Shown one piece after another: positions 1 to 12,500 of a DNA stretch of 64,000 nt. The stretch spans positions 67,022,001-67,086,000 of the forward strand of contig NC_091993.1 in NCBI RefSeq assembly GCF_044704955.1. Direction: 5' to 3'. Every line of letters starts with the position of its first letter. The stretch's first letter is position 1. Under the pieces are notes generated by a model. It did no database searches. It was not told where the DNA came from and saw nothing but the letters and a program-made list of their open reading frames with translations. The position numbers were made by a program, and so were the translations under genes. The stretch is from Pristiophorus japonicus (lineage: Eukaryota).

Positions 1-545
1 CAAAGTTTCTATGGTTGAGACGAAAAATAATGTGAAAGTGTCGGCCCTTAAGATCTCCTGAAGCCAGTAACTTGCCTAGACACAACTTTTCAGATGTACC
101 AGGATTTTCTGCGAATAATACCCACTCCTTTCTCGATCCACAGGAATGTGCTAGATTGCAATAGCAGCCAAAAGATTACTTGATGCAAAGATGGGCACCA
201 GCTCAGAATCGTCCAGGTGATGTGACCATGGCAGAATAAATTTCGAACACAAAACTGAGAGGGTGGTTTACCAGTATTAATCACCTCCCACTTTGCCATG
301 AATGACATCAGCTGGCACTTTACCTGGTTTCCTGGAAGAGTAGATACACGGTCAGCAAATGGGTTGGAATGAGAAAAGATTGGGTGGAATAGTGAAAACC
401 ACGATGTGTTGATCTATGGAGCTAATTTGAAACCTGATATGGTGTTCTGACAGCCTGTGGGAAGTCACAAGAGAGCTGCTAACCATATTTAGACTGGTAG
501 CCAGGGTCACCTGATTAATTAAAAACAGAAAATGCTGGAAATAAA

Positions 546-1110
546 ATAGAATCATAGAAATTAAGGTACAGAAGGAGGCTATTTAGCCCATTCTGTCTGT
601 GCCAGCCAAAAAAGAGCTGTCCAGCCTAGTCCCACTTTCCAGCTCTTGTTTCGTAGCCTTGTAGGTTACTGCACTTCAAGTCCATATCCAAGTACTTTTT
701 AAATGCAATGAGGGTTTCTGCCTCTGCCACTCTTTCAGGCAATAAGTTCCAGATGCTCATCACCCTCTGGGTGAAGACATTTCTCCTCTAATCCTTCTAC
801 CAATTACATTAAAACTATTCCCCCTAATTATTGACCTATCTGCTAAGGGAAATAAATCTTTCCTATACACTCTAACTCAGTCCCTCATAATGTTATACAC
901 AATTAAGTCTCCCCTCAGCCTCCTTTGTTCCAATGAAAATAACCTAGACTATCCAATTTTTCCTCATAGCTAAAATGTTCCAGTCCTGTCAATATCCTTG
1001 TAAATCTCCTCTGTACTCTTTCTAGTGCAATCACATCTTCTTGTAATGTGGTGACTATAGTGTACACAGCACTTTAGCTGTGGCCTAATTAGTGTTTTAT
1101 ACAGTTCAAG
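546..1110 (-). mobile_element. CR1-type LINE 3' fragment
   Basis: Begins with reverse-complement tail atagaatcatagaa; C-terminal ORF2 motif LYKTLIRPQLKCCV in ORF 970..1212. Confidence 0.8.
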
Positions 1111-2363
1111 CATAAGAACATAAGAATTAGGAGCAGGAGTGTGCCATTCACCCCGTTTGAGCCTGCTCCACCATTCAGTAACATCATGGCTGATCTTCGG
1201 CCTCAACTCCACTTTCCTGCCTGAACCCCATATCCCTTGCTTCCACTTGAGTCCAAAAATCTAACGATCTCAGCCTTGAATGTACTCAACAACTTAGCAT
1301 CCACAACCCTTTCGGGTAGAAAATTCCAAAGATTCACAACCCTCTGAATGAAGAAAGTCCTCCCCATCTCAGTCTTAAATGGCCGACCCCTTATCCTGAG
1401 ACTATGCCCCCTAGTTCTAGACTCCCCAACCAGGGGAAACAATCTCTCAGCATCTACCCTGTCAATCTTCCTCAGAATTTTATGTTTCAATGGATCACCT
1501 CTCATTCTTCTAAACTCCAGAGGGTATCAGCCCAATCTGCTCAATCGCTCCTCAAAGAAAAACCCTCTCATCCCAGGCATCAATCTAGTGAACCTTTGTT
1601 GCACCATCTCCAAGGCATGTATGTCCTTTCTCAGATAAGGAGACCGAAACTGCACAGTACTTCAGATGTGGTCTCACCTGTACAATTATAGTAAGACTTC
1701 CTTACTCTTGTACTCCAACTCCAACATGCCAATTGCCTTCCTAATTGCTTGCAGTACCTGAATGCTAACTTTACTTGTTTCCTGTACGAGGACACATAAA
1801 TCTCTCTGAACACCAACATTTAAGAGTTTTTCACCATTTAAAAATATTCTGTTTTTCTGTTCTTCCTACCAAAGTGAATATCCTCACATTTCCGCAAATT
1901 ATGCTTCATCTGCCACCTTATTGCCCACTCACTTAATCTGTCTATTCCCTTTGCAGGCTCTTTGTGTCCTCTTTGCAGTTTAGTTTCCCACTTATTTTTG
2001 TATCATCAGCAAATATGGATACATTGCACTTGGTGCCTTGATCTAAGTCATTAATATAGATTGTAAATAGCTGAGGCCCAAGCACTGATCCTTGTGGCAC
2101 CCCACTAGTTACAGCCTGCCAACCGGAAAATTACTTGTTTATGTCAACTCTGTTTTCCGTCTGTTAACCAATCCTCTATTCACACTGATATATTACCCCC
2201 AGCCCCATGAACCCTTGTCTTGCAAAGCAACCTTTTACATGGCACCTTACCGGATGCCTTTTGGAAATCCAAATATACTACATGCACTGGTGCCTCTTTA
2301 TCTACCCTGCTAGTTGCAACCTTAAAAGAACTCTAATAAATTTGTTAAACATGATTTCCCTTT
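1111..2363 (-). mobile_element. CR1-type LINE 3' fragment nested in or adjacent to the previous copy
   Basis: cataagaacataagaa tail; ORF 1203..1505 RTRGHSLRIRGRPFKTEMGRTFFIQRVVNLWN; RT remnants near 2000-2350. Confidence 0.88.
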
Positions 2364-3090
2364 CAACGACATGTGGGAACATATCTGCTCTAAACCTCAA
2401 TATCTGCTCCTTGAATGTCTCCCACTGCTCTAACACAGATTTACCTTCCAGTAGTTGTTTCCAGTCCACTTTTGCTAAATCACATTTCAGCTTAGTAAAA
2501 CTGACCTTTCCCCAATTGAAAACTTTTACTCCTGGTCTAGCTTTGTCCTTTTCCATAATCTAACTGAATTCTGATCACTACCATCAAAATGCTCTCCCAT
2601 TGATACCCCTTCCAACTGCCCAGCTTCATTCCCTAAAACGAAGTCCAGAACTGCCCCCTCTATTGTTAGGATTGTTACATACTGGCTAAAAAAGTTCTCC
2701 TGAATGCATTTTAGGAATTCTGCACCTATACCTTTTACACTGATTCTAATATTAGGGTAGTTGAGATTCCCTATTATTATTGCCGTATTGTCTTTGCACT
2801 TCTAGAAATGTGCCTACATATTTTCTCTTCGATCCCCCTGTGATTGTTTGGGGGTCAATAGTACACCCCCAGCAGTGTGATTGCCTTTTTTATTCTTCAG
2901 TTCAAACCCATGTGGTCTCATTTGATTATCCTTCTCTAACATATCATCTCTCCTCAGCTGTAATTGTTTCTTTAACCAATATTGTGACCCCTCCCCACCT
3001 TCCTTTTTTATCCCCCTCACTATCTCGTCTGAAAACTCTGTAACCAGGAATGTTGAGCTGCCATTCCTGCCCTTCTTTCAGCCATGTTTC
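2364..3090 (-). mobile_element. CR1 LINE endonuclease-region fragment
   Basis: ORF 2302..2556 FNWGKVSFTKLKCDLAKVDW; decayed APE-domain sequence. Confidence 0.75.
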
Positions 3091-3091
3091 C

Positions 3092-3152
3092 GCAGGTCAG
3101 GCAGCATCTGTGGAGAGAGAAATAGAAATAAGGTTTCAGATCGATCACCTTT
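3092..3152. repeat. Penelope-associated short repeat, second half; first half at about 521-543, split by the CR1 block
   Basis: aaaacagaaaatgctggaaata (521-543) plus gcaggtcaggcagcatctgtggagagaga reconstitute the reverse complement of the repeat at 18270-18385. Confidence 0.6.
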
Positions 3153-3607
3153 TGCTTTTGTATCATCTGACCAATTGATACTTTCCTGCAACAGTCAGTG
3201 TTTTACAGATGGGGGATGATTCCTAAGAAGAATACTGTGAAGCTGTGGCTGCCAGAGTGAAGGTGTGGCTATCCTGTCAATACTATTCCCCTTCCCCCCC
3301 TCTACCCCAAGTCCTGCCCCAGTACCAGTACTGATGCCTCTATCGTGAAGTCACAGCCTGTAGCCTGTGAGCAATTCTGCAGTACTGAAATTCATGAAGT
3401 GGTTGTCCAGGGAGGTAGCCGGTCAGTACCAAAAACACCAGTCGGGTGCCCATATCAGCCAGTTTTGAGCTGATCTCATACAAATGATCAATGAATGAAG
3501 ACAGTTTAGGATTCTGTGCCTGATGTTTTTACATCAACCAGTGACCTCAGATAGGGTGTGGCAGCAGATTGGTATACTCCTTGAGTGGCATGCACTGCAG
3601 CCAGATC

Positions 3608-6600
3608 TGTGGGTAACACTCTCACCTCTGAGTCAGAAGGTTGTGGGTTCTATTACATATGTAAACTTGTATATATCCTGTATGGCCACCAGAGGGCTCA
3701 TCCCCTGAAGTCCCAAGGGATCCCATAATCCCTTGGGAGCACAGGTACTTAAGGAGGCCTTACAGGAGGGAGAGGCACTCTGGAGACCTGCAATAAAAGA
3801 CTAAGGTCACACTTTACTTTGAGCTCACAGTATCCAGTCAGACTCTTTATTCATACATAACAACTGGCGACGAGATACAGATGATGAACCCAACGATGCA
3901 GAGAACAGTGGGCATCCTGGTGAAATTCTCGGAGGGAGATGATTGGGAAACCTTTGTGGAGTGACTCGACCAATACTTCGTGGCCAACAAGCTGGAAGGA
4001 GAAGCGAATGCTACCAAACGAAGGGCGATTCTCCTCACCGTCTGCGGGGCACCAATGCATGGCCTCAGGAAAAATCTGCTTGCTCCAGTGATACCCACAG
4101 AGAAATCATGCGATGATTTGTGCACACTGGTCCGGGAGCATTTAAACCCGAAGGAAAGCGTTCTGATGGTGAGGTACTGGTTCTACAGCTACAAAATGTC
4201 TGAAGGTCAGGGAGTGGCGAGTTATGTCGCAGAGCTAAGACGCCTTGCAGGACATTGCAAATTTGAAGGACATTTGGAGCACATGCTCAGAGACTTTTTT
4301 GTACTTGGCATTGGCCATGAAGAGATACTTCACAAACTTTTGACTGTAGAGACCCCAACCTTGAGTAAGGCCATAGTGATAGCCCAGGCGTTCATTGCCA
4401 CCAGTGACAATACTAACCAAATCTCTCAGCACACGAGTGCTGCTACAAGTACTGTGAACAAAGTGATATTGTTTTCAAATCATAACGTACAGGGCAGGCC
4501 CCACATGCCTGCAGCTGCACATCCACAGATGTCTCAGAGTCCACCATCAAGGGTGATGAATGCAAGGCCATTTACACCTTGTTGGCGCTGTGGGGGCGAT
4601 CATAGTTTCCATTCATGCCGCTTCAAAGGGTACATTTGCAAGGGCTGTGGAATAATGGGACACCTCCAAATCCTGTTAATCCTGAAAACCACCATGTTGC
4701 AGAGGAGGACAGATCCATGGCGGATCACGACGAACCAGAGCCTCAGACCGAGGAGGCAGAGGTATATAGGGTGCACACATTTTGCACTAAGTATCCCCCG
4801 ATAATCCTGAAGGTTGAACTAAATGGACTACCGGTGTCAATGGAGCTGAACACGTGCACGAGCCAGTCGATTATAAGCAAAAAGACTTTCGAAAAATTGT
4901 AGTGCAGTAAGTCCTCAAGGCCAGTCTTGACTCCAATTCGCATGAAACTAAGAACTTACACAAAGGAACTGATTCCCGTAATCGGCAGCGCTACTGTAAA
5001 GGTCTCCTATGATGGAGCGGTGCACAAGCTACCACTTTGGGTGGTACCGGGCGATGGTCCCACGCTGCTCGGCAGGAGTTGGCTGGGAAAGATACGCTGG
5101 AAGTTCCAAGGAACAAAAGTGCAGATCCATCTAATTCCGGGGGCGCGACTCATTCATCACAAGGTGAGAGCAGTACTGTGCATGATGAGAGAAAGTGTAG
5201 CGATCGAGCTAAACCAGCTGCAAAGAGAGGGCATCATGTCACCGATCGAATTCAACGAGTGAGCCAGTCCGATCGTTCCAGTACTCAAGGGAGACGGCAC
5301 CGTCAGAATCTGTGGTGATTACAAAGTAACTATCAATTGCTTCTCTCTGCAGAAGCAATACCCACTACCAAAGCTGGACGACCTTTTTGCTACACTGGCG
5401 GGAGGAAAGACATTCATGAAGCTGGACTTGACCTCGGCCTACATGACGCAGGAGCTGGAGAAATCATCGAAGGGCCTCACCTGCATCAACATGAACAAAG
5501 TTCTCTTCATTTATAACATATGCCCGTTTGGAATTCGATCAGCGGCAGCGATATTCCAGCGAAACATGGATAGCTTACTGAAGTCGGTCCCGCGCACGGT
5601 GGTCTTCCAGGACGACATCTTGGTTACAGGTCGGGACACAGTTGAGCATCTGCAGAACCTAGAGGAGGTTCTTATTCAACTCAACCACGTGGGGCTCAGG
5701 TTAAGATGCTCGAAGTGCATTTTCCTGGTGCCTGAAGTGGAGTTCCTGGGGAGGAGAATCACGGCGGATGGCATCAGGCCCATCGATTCGAAGATGGAGG
5801 CAATCGAGAATGCACCGAGGCCACAGAACGTGATGGAGCTGTGGTCATTTCTAGGACTCCTGAACTACTTTGGTAACTTCTTACTGGGTCTCAGCAACAC
5901 TATTAGAACCACTGCATAAAGGAGACGAATGGGTTTGGGGTAAAAGCCAAGAAAATGCCTTTGTAAAAGCTAGAAAATTGTTATCCTCAAACAAATTACT
6001 TGTGTTGTATAATCCATGTAAGCGTTTGGTACTAGCATGTGATGCATTGTCGTACGGCGTCGGGTGTAGATTGCAACAAGCTAATGATTTTGGGAAATTG
6101 CAACCAGTTGCTTATGCATCCAGAAGTCTGTCTAAGGCTGAGAAAGCCAATGGCATGATTGAAAAAAAAGCGTTAGCGTGTGTAAAGAAAATGCATCAAT
6201 ATCTGTTTGGGCTAAAATTTGAATTGGAAACTGACCATACACCACTAATATCCCTGTTTTCCGAGAGTAAGGGGATAAATACTATTGCATTTTCCCGCAT
6301 CCAGAGATGGGCGCTCATGCTGTCCGCATACAACTACGCCATCCGCCATAGGCCAGGCACAGAAAACTGTGCCAATGCTCTCAGAAGGCTGCCATTGCCC
6401 ACCACGGGGGTGGAAATGGTACAGCCCGCAGATTTAGCCATGGTTATGGAAGCATTTGAGAGTGAGCAATCACGCATCACAGCCTGACAGATCAGAACCT
6501 GGACGAGCCAGGACCCCTTACTGATCCTAGTTAAAAACTGTGTGCTTCACGGGAGCTGGTCCAGTGTCCCAATGGAAATGTAGGAAGAGATAAAGCCGTA

Positions 6601-8394
6601 CCAGCGGCGCAAAGATGAAATGCCTATACAGGCAGACTGCCTTCTGTGGGGGAATCGGGTAGTGATCCCCAAGAAGGGTAGAGACAACTTCATCAGTGAC
6701 CTCCACAGTACCCATCGAGGCATCGTAATGATGAAAGCGATAGCCAGATCCCACATGTGGTGGCCCGGTATCGATGCGGACTTAGAGTCCTGTGTGCACA
6801 GATGTAACACATGCGCGCAGTTAAGCAATGCACCCAGGGAGGCGCCACTAAGTTTATGGTCTTGGCCCTCCAAACCGTGGTCTAGGGTCCATGTCGACTA
6901 TGCAGGCCCATTCTTGGGTAAAATGTTGCTTATGTTTGTAGATGCAAACTCCAAATTGATTGAATGTGAGATAATGTCGGCAATCACGTCCGCTGCCACC
7001 ACTGAAAGCCTGCGGGCCATGTTTGCCATGCACAGATTACCTGATGTCCTCGTGAGCGATAACGGGCCATGTTTAACCAGTGCTGAGTTCAAAGAATTCA
7101 TGACCCGTAACGGGATCAAACATGTTACATCTGCCCCGTTCAAACCAGCATCCAATGGTCAGGCAGAAAGAGCAGTGCAAACCATCAAGCAGGGCTTGAA
7201 GAAGGTAACTGAAGGCTCACGCCTATCCCGAGTCCTGCTGAGCTACCACACGAGACCCCACTTGCTTACTGGGGTTCCACCTGCTGAACTGCTCATGAAA
7301 AGGGCATTTAAGACAAGGCTCTCATTAGTTCACCCTGATCTACATGAACAGGAAGAGAGCAGACGGCTTTCAACAAAGTACATATCATGATAGCGCAAAT
7401 GTGTCACGCGAAATTGAAATCAATGATCCTGTATTTGTATTGAATTATGGACAAGGTCTCAAGTGGCTTCCCAGCACTGTTGTGGCCAAAGTGGGGAGCA
7501 GGTTGTTTTGGGTCAAACTTTCAAATGGACTCATTCACTGGAAACACTTGGACGAAATCAAATTCAGATTCACGGACTATCCTGAGCAACCCACTTTGGA
7601 CCCCACCTTCTTTGACGCCCCCAACATACACATCAGTGGCAACCAACACCGCGGTTGGCCACGAAGTAGTACCCATCATCCAAAGCAGCCCAGCAGAACT
7701 CACCACATCAGGCAGCCCAGCAAGGCCAGCTGCACAGCAGCGAGCGAGGGTCCAACAGACAATTCACCAATACCAGCTTTTGCACCGAGACGATCAACCA
7801 GGGCAAGAAGGGCCCCAGATCGACTCACCTTGTAAATAGTTACACTGTTGACTTTGGGGGAGGCGGGGGGGCTGTGTTGTTATACATGTAAACTTATATA
7901 TACCCTGTACAGCCACCAGAGGACTTATCCCCTGGAGTCCCAAGGGATCCCATAATCCCTTGGGAGCACAGATACTTGAGGAGGCCTCACAGGTTAGAGA
8001 GGCACTCTGGATACCTGCAATAAAAGACTTAACTTTGAGCTCACAGTATCCAGTCAAACTCTTTATTTATACCTAACAGGTTCAAGTCCAACTCCAGAGA
8101 CTTGAGCACCTAATCTAGGCTGAAACTTCAATGCAGTAGTGAGGGAGTGCTGCACTGTTGGATGTGCCGTCTTTCAGGTGAGAAGTTAAACCAAAGCCCT
8201 GTCTGCTCTCTCAGGTGGACATAGAAGATCCTATGGCACTATTTTATAAAAGAGCAGCGGAGTTATCCCCGAAGTCCTGGCCAATGTTTATCCCTCAACC
8301 TACACTAAAAACAAATTATCTGGTCATTATCATATTGCTGTTTGTGAGGTCTTGCTATCCCCAAATTTAGCTGCTGTGTTACCTACATTACAAC
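3608..8394 (+). mobile_element. tRNA-headed DeuSINE (SacSINE1-like), parts 3608-3650 and 8079-8394, split by a Gypsy insertion in its B-box
   Basis: gtgggttc|aagtcc B-box-like motif; Deu-like core gtctttcaggtgagaagttaaacc; same family as 51630-51950. Confidence 0.75.
3651..8078 (+). mobile_element. Full-length degenerate Ty3/Gypsy (Mag-like) LTR retrotransposon, copy 1
   Basis: LTRs 3651-3862 and 7878-8078; 5-bp TSD GGTTC (3646-3650/8079-8083); PBS TGGCGACGAG (tRNA-Ser(GCU)-like) at 3865; G-rich PPT before 7878. Gag zinc knuckles CWRCGGDHSFHSC, RT VFQDD, RNase H LACDA, integrase HVDYAGP/SDNG. Many stops and frameshifts. Confidence 0.96.
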
Positions 8395-8620
8395 ATTATA
8401 TGGGAGGACACTGAGACGAGTGGAGGAACAAAGACACCTTGGAGTGCAGGTCCACAGATCCCTGAAGGTAGCAGGCCAGGCAGATAAGGTGGTTAAGAAG
8501 GCATACAGAATTCTTGCCTTTATTAGCCAAGGCATAGAATATAAGATTAGGGAGGTTATGGTGAACTGCATAAAACACTAGTTAGGCCACAGCTAGAGTA
8601 CTGCGTGCGGTTCTGGTCAC

Positions 8621-10750
8621 CATCATTATCACAGTCAGTCCCTCGGAATTGAGGATGACTTGCTTCCACATTAGAAATGAGTTCTCAGGTGACTGAACAG
8701 TTCAATGCGGGACCTACAGTCTCTGTCACAGGTGGGGCAAACGGTGGTTGAAGGAACAAGTGGGTGGGGAGCTTAGGTTGCCACGCACTTCTTCTGCTAT
8801 CGACGCTTGGCTTCTGCTTGCTCTCGGCAAAGAGACTCGAGGTGTTCAGCGCCTTCCCGGATACTTTTCCTTCACTTTGGGCGGTCGTGGGCCTGGGATT
8901 CCCAGGTGTTAGTGGGGATGATAAAATTTTTCAAGGAGGCTTTGAGGGTGTCCTTGAAGCATTTTCTCTGCCCACCTGGGGCTCACTTGCCGTGTTGGAG
9001 CTTTGAGTAGAGCTTTTGTTTTGGGAGTCTCGTGTCAGGCATGCGGGCCCGCCCAACGGAGCTGATCGAGCGTGGTCAGTGCTTCGATGCTGGGGATATT
9101 GGCCTGAGCGAGAACATTGACATTGCTGTATCTATCCTCCCAGGGGATTTGCAGAATCTTGCGGAGGCAGCGTTGGTGGTATGCCTCCAGTGTTTTCAGG
9201 TACCTGCTGTACATAGTCCATATCTCTGAGCCATCCAGGAGGGCAGGTATCATAAGAACATAAGAAATAGGAACAGGAGTAGGCCATACGGCCCCTTGAG
9301 CCTGCTCGCCATTCAATAAGATCATGGCTGATCTGATCATGGACTCAGCTTCACTTCCCCGCCCACTCCCCATAACCCCTTATTCCCTTATCATTTAAGA
9401 AACTGTCTATTTCTGTCTTAAATTTGTTCAATGTCCAAGCTTTGACAGCTCTCTGAGGCAACGAATTCCACAGATTTACAACCCTCTGAAAGAAGAAATT
9501 TCTCCTCATCTCTGCTTTAAATGGGCGGCCCTTATTCTAAGATCATGCCCTCTAGTTCTAGTAACCCCCATCAGTGAAAACATCCTCTCTGCATCCATCT
9601 TGTCAAGCCCCCTCATAATCTTATACGTTTCGATAAGATCACCTCTCATTCTTCTGAATTCTAATGAGTAGAGGCCCAACCTACTCAACCTTTCCTCATG
9701 TCAACCCCCTCATCCCTGGAATCAACCTAGTGAACCTTCTCTGAACTGCTTCCAAAGCAAGTATATCCTTTTTTAAATAAAGAAACTAAAACTGCATGCA
9801 GTTTTCCAAATGTGGCCTCACCAAAACTTTATATACCTGTAGCAAGACTTCCCTGCTTTTATACTCCATCCCCTTTGCAATAAAGGCCAAGATTCCATTG
9901 GCCTTCCTGATCATTTTGCTGTACCTGCATACTATCTTTTTACATTTCATGCACAAGTACCCCCAGGTCCCGCTGTACTGCGGCACTTTGCAATCTTTCT
10001 CCATTTAAATAATAACTTGCTCTTTGTTTTCCGCCTCGGTGAAGGTGTTGACAATGGCTTGGAGTTCGACCTCTGAGTGTGCGCAGACGCAGGCGTGGTC
10101 TGCGTACCGTAGTTTGAAGATGGAGGATGGGATGACCTTGGATCTGGCCTGGAGGCAGCGGAGGTTGAACAGATTCCCGTTTGTCCTGTAATTTAGCTCC
10201 GCTCCAGCGGGGAGCTTGCTGAGGGTGAGCTGAAGCATTGCAGCAAGGAAGATCGAGAAGAGCATTGGTGCGATGACACAGCCTTGCTTGGCTCCGGTCC
10301 GAATGTGGAATGGGTCTGTGGTGGATCCATTGGTCAGGATCACGGATTGCATGTCATCGTGGAGCAGGCGGGGAAGGGTGATTAACTTTTGAGAGCAGCC
10401 GAATCTGAGGACGCTCCATAATCCCTCACGGTTGACGGTGTTGAAGGCTTTTGTGATGTTAAAGAAGGCGATGTAAAGAGGTTGGTGCTGTTCCCTGCAT
10501 TTCTCTTGTACCTGCCGTGTGGTGAAGATCATATCCATTGTGCCCCTTAGTGGGCGGAATTTGCTTTGCGATTCTGGGAGTTCTTCATCCACAGGAAGAA
10601 GGCAATTCAGGAGGACTCTTGCGATGACTTTCCCAGTGGTCGACAGCAGGGAATCTCCTCTGTAGTTACTGCAGTTGGACTTGTCACCTTTCTTGAAGAT
10701 GGTCACGATTACAGTGTCTTTGCGATCTTCTGGCATGATCTCCTTCTTCC
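8621..10750 (-). mobile_element. RTE-clade LINE (8621-9250 and 10031-10750), 5'-truncated
   Basis: catcattatc tail; YHQRCLRKILQIPWEDR, IPSIEALTTLDQLRWAG; RT motifs GAKQGCVIAP and YAD in ORF 10005..10754. Confidence 0.88.
9251..10030 (-). mobile_element. CR1 LINE 3' fragment inserted in the RTE
   Basis: cataagaacataagaa tail; RLGLYSLEFRRMRGDLIETYK. Confidence 0.88.
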
Positions 10751-10990
10751 ACATTACAGGAAAGATGTGATGTCACTAAAGAGGGTAGAGAGGAGATTTA
10801 CGAGGATATTGCCTGGACTGGAGAATTTAAGCTATGAGGAAAGATTGGATAGGCTGGGTTTGTTTTCTTTGGAACAGAGAAGGCTGAGGGGAGACCTTAT
10901 TGAGGTGTGAAAATTATGAGGGGCCTGGATAGAGTGGATAGGAAAGACCTGTTTCCCTTAGCAGAGGGGTCAACAATCAGGGGGCATAGA

Positions 10991-11592
10991 TAACTTCCTC
11001 AGTTAGCCACGGATGATTCATCCTTCCCCTAGGGTATTTCTTTCTCGCTGGAATATATCTTTGCTGAGAGTTATGAAACATCTCCTTAAATGTTTGCCAC
11101 TGTTCATCTACCATCTTACCGTTTAATCTATTTTACCAATCCACTTTAGCCAACTCTGCCTTCATACCTTTGTAATTGCCTTTATTTACATTCAGGACAC
11201 TAGTTTGAGACCTAGCTTTCTCACCCTCAAACTGAATTTGAAATTCTACCATGCTATGATCACTCTTCCCAAGAGGATCTTTTACTATGAGATCATTAAT
11301 GAATCCAGTCTCATTACACATTACCAGATCTAAAATAGTCTGCTCCCTGCTTGGTTCCACAACGTATTGTTCTTAGAAACCATCCTGAATACACTCTATG
11401 AACTCTTTCTCAAGGCTATCTTTGCCAATGTGATTTGTCCAATCAATATGAAGATTAAAATCACCCATGATTATTGCTGTAGCTTTCTTACAAGCCTTCG
11501 TTATTTCTTGATTTATACTCTGTCCTACAGTGTAGCTACTGTTAGGGGGCCTATAGACTACTCCCACCAGTGACTTCTTTCCCTTATTATTA
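10991..11592 (-). mobile_element. CR1 LINE endonuclease fragment
   Basis: GVVYRPPNS, IMGDFN, ILDLVMCN, PLGKSDH motifs. Confidence 0.85.
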
Positions 11593-12500
11593 ACAAAGCT
11601 CTGTCCTGCTGACCTGGAGCAATCTGAGGCAGTGTCCTACATAACTGGTAGGTAGGTATGTCAAGACTTGCAGAATGGTCTCGGGCCTACTGATCTCACT
11701 GACATTCCTTCTTACAACTTGTATTACCTCTAGCCTGAAACTGAAGTGCTTTAAAGACAAAGGCCGGAATTTTAACAGGAAAGATTGAGAAGGTTTGGGA
11801 GTGGGTAGGTGGTTAAATGCATTAAATACCCAAGTTCAGCATCTGTGACCAGCTCAGCGGGGCTTGGAGAGTCCTATGCCCTCCAGCGATGACTCTCGAA
11901 TGCTGTCCCTGTCTATACCATCTGCTCTTGGTCACATGTGATGTTTGAGATATCAGGTGACAACACTACTATCTGACTTAATGGCGTGTGTATATCTGCA
12001 CTGGTGCTTGGTATGCATGCGCCCTGTGATAGTGCACCCTCAGAGTTAGCGCCCTCCTCTGAGGAATCATCCTCCTCCTCTGGCTCCTCTGGCTGTTGGA
12101 CACTTGATGAGCATTTGGGAGAGTAAAGACATGAATTAGTACTCTCATAATAAGAATGTTTTAAGTGAACATTATGCACGTGATCAGATTTCACAGCTGC
12201 TGACATCAAGTCAACATGAGTGACTATGGCTGTGTGATATTCAATTCTGTTACCAGATAGCTGGGAGCACCCTGTGTTTCCATCGCCCACCACCATCAAT
12301 GTCAATACTCCAGTTAGCTCCAGTAAATCCTCTGCAGCAGTCAGCATGACGATAACTGGAGGGCCACCTCTGGTTCTCTGCCACTTCCTGGTGTTCTGTG
12401 CTCTTTTCTCCTGTCAGGAGAGAAACAAGAGATCTTTGAGTGCATCATGAAATGGATGGCTGGGCAACATCTGTAGAGGGTGACTATGAGGGAGAGGCAT

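Larger units (their letters stand above)
8395..10990 (+). mobile_element. CR1 LINE 3'-region fragment (8395-8620 and 10750-10990) split by an RTE insertion
   Basis: ttctggtcac|cacattacaggaaag rejoins as FWSPHYRKDV; ORF 10566..10910 RRFTRILPGLENLSYEERLDRLGLFSLEQRRLRGDLIEV. Confidence 0.82.
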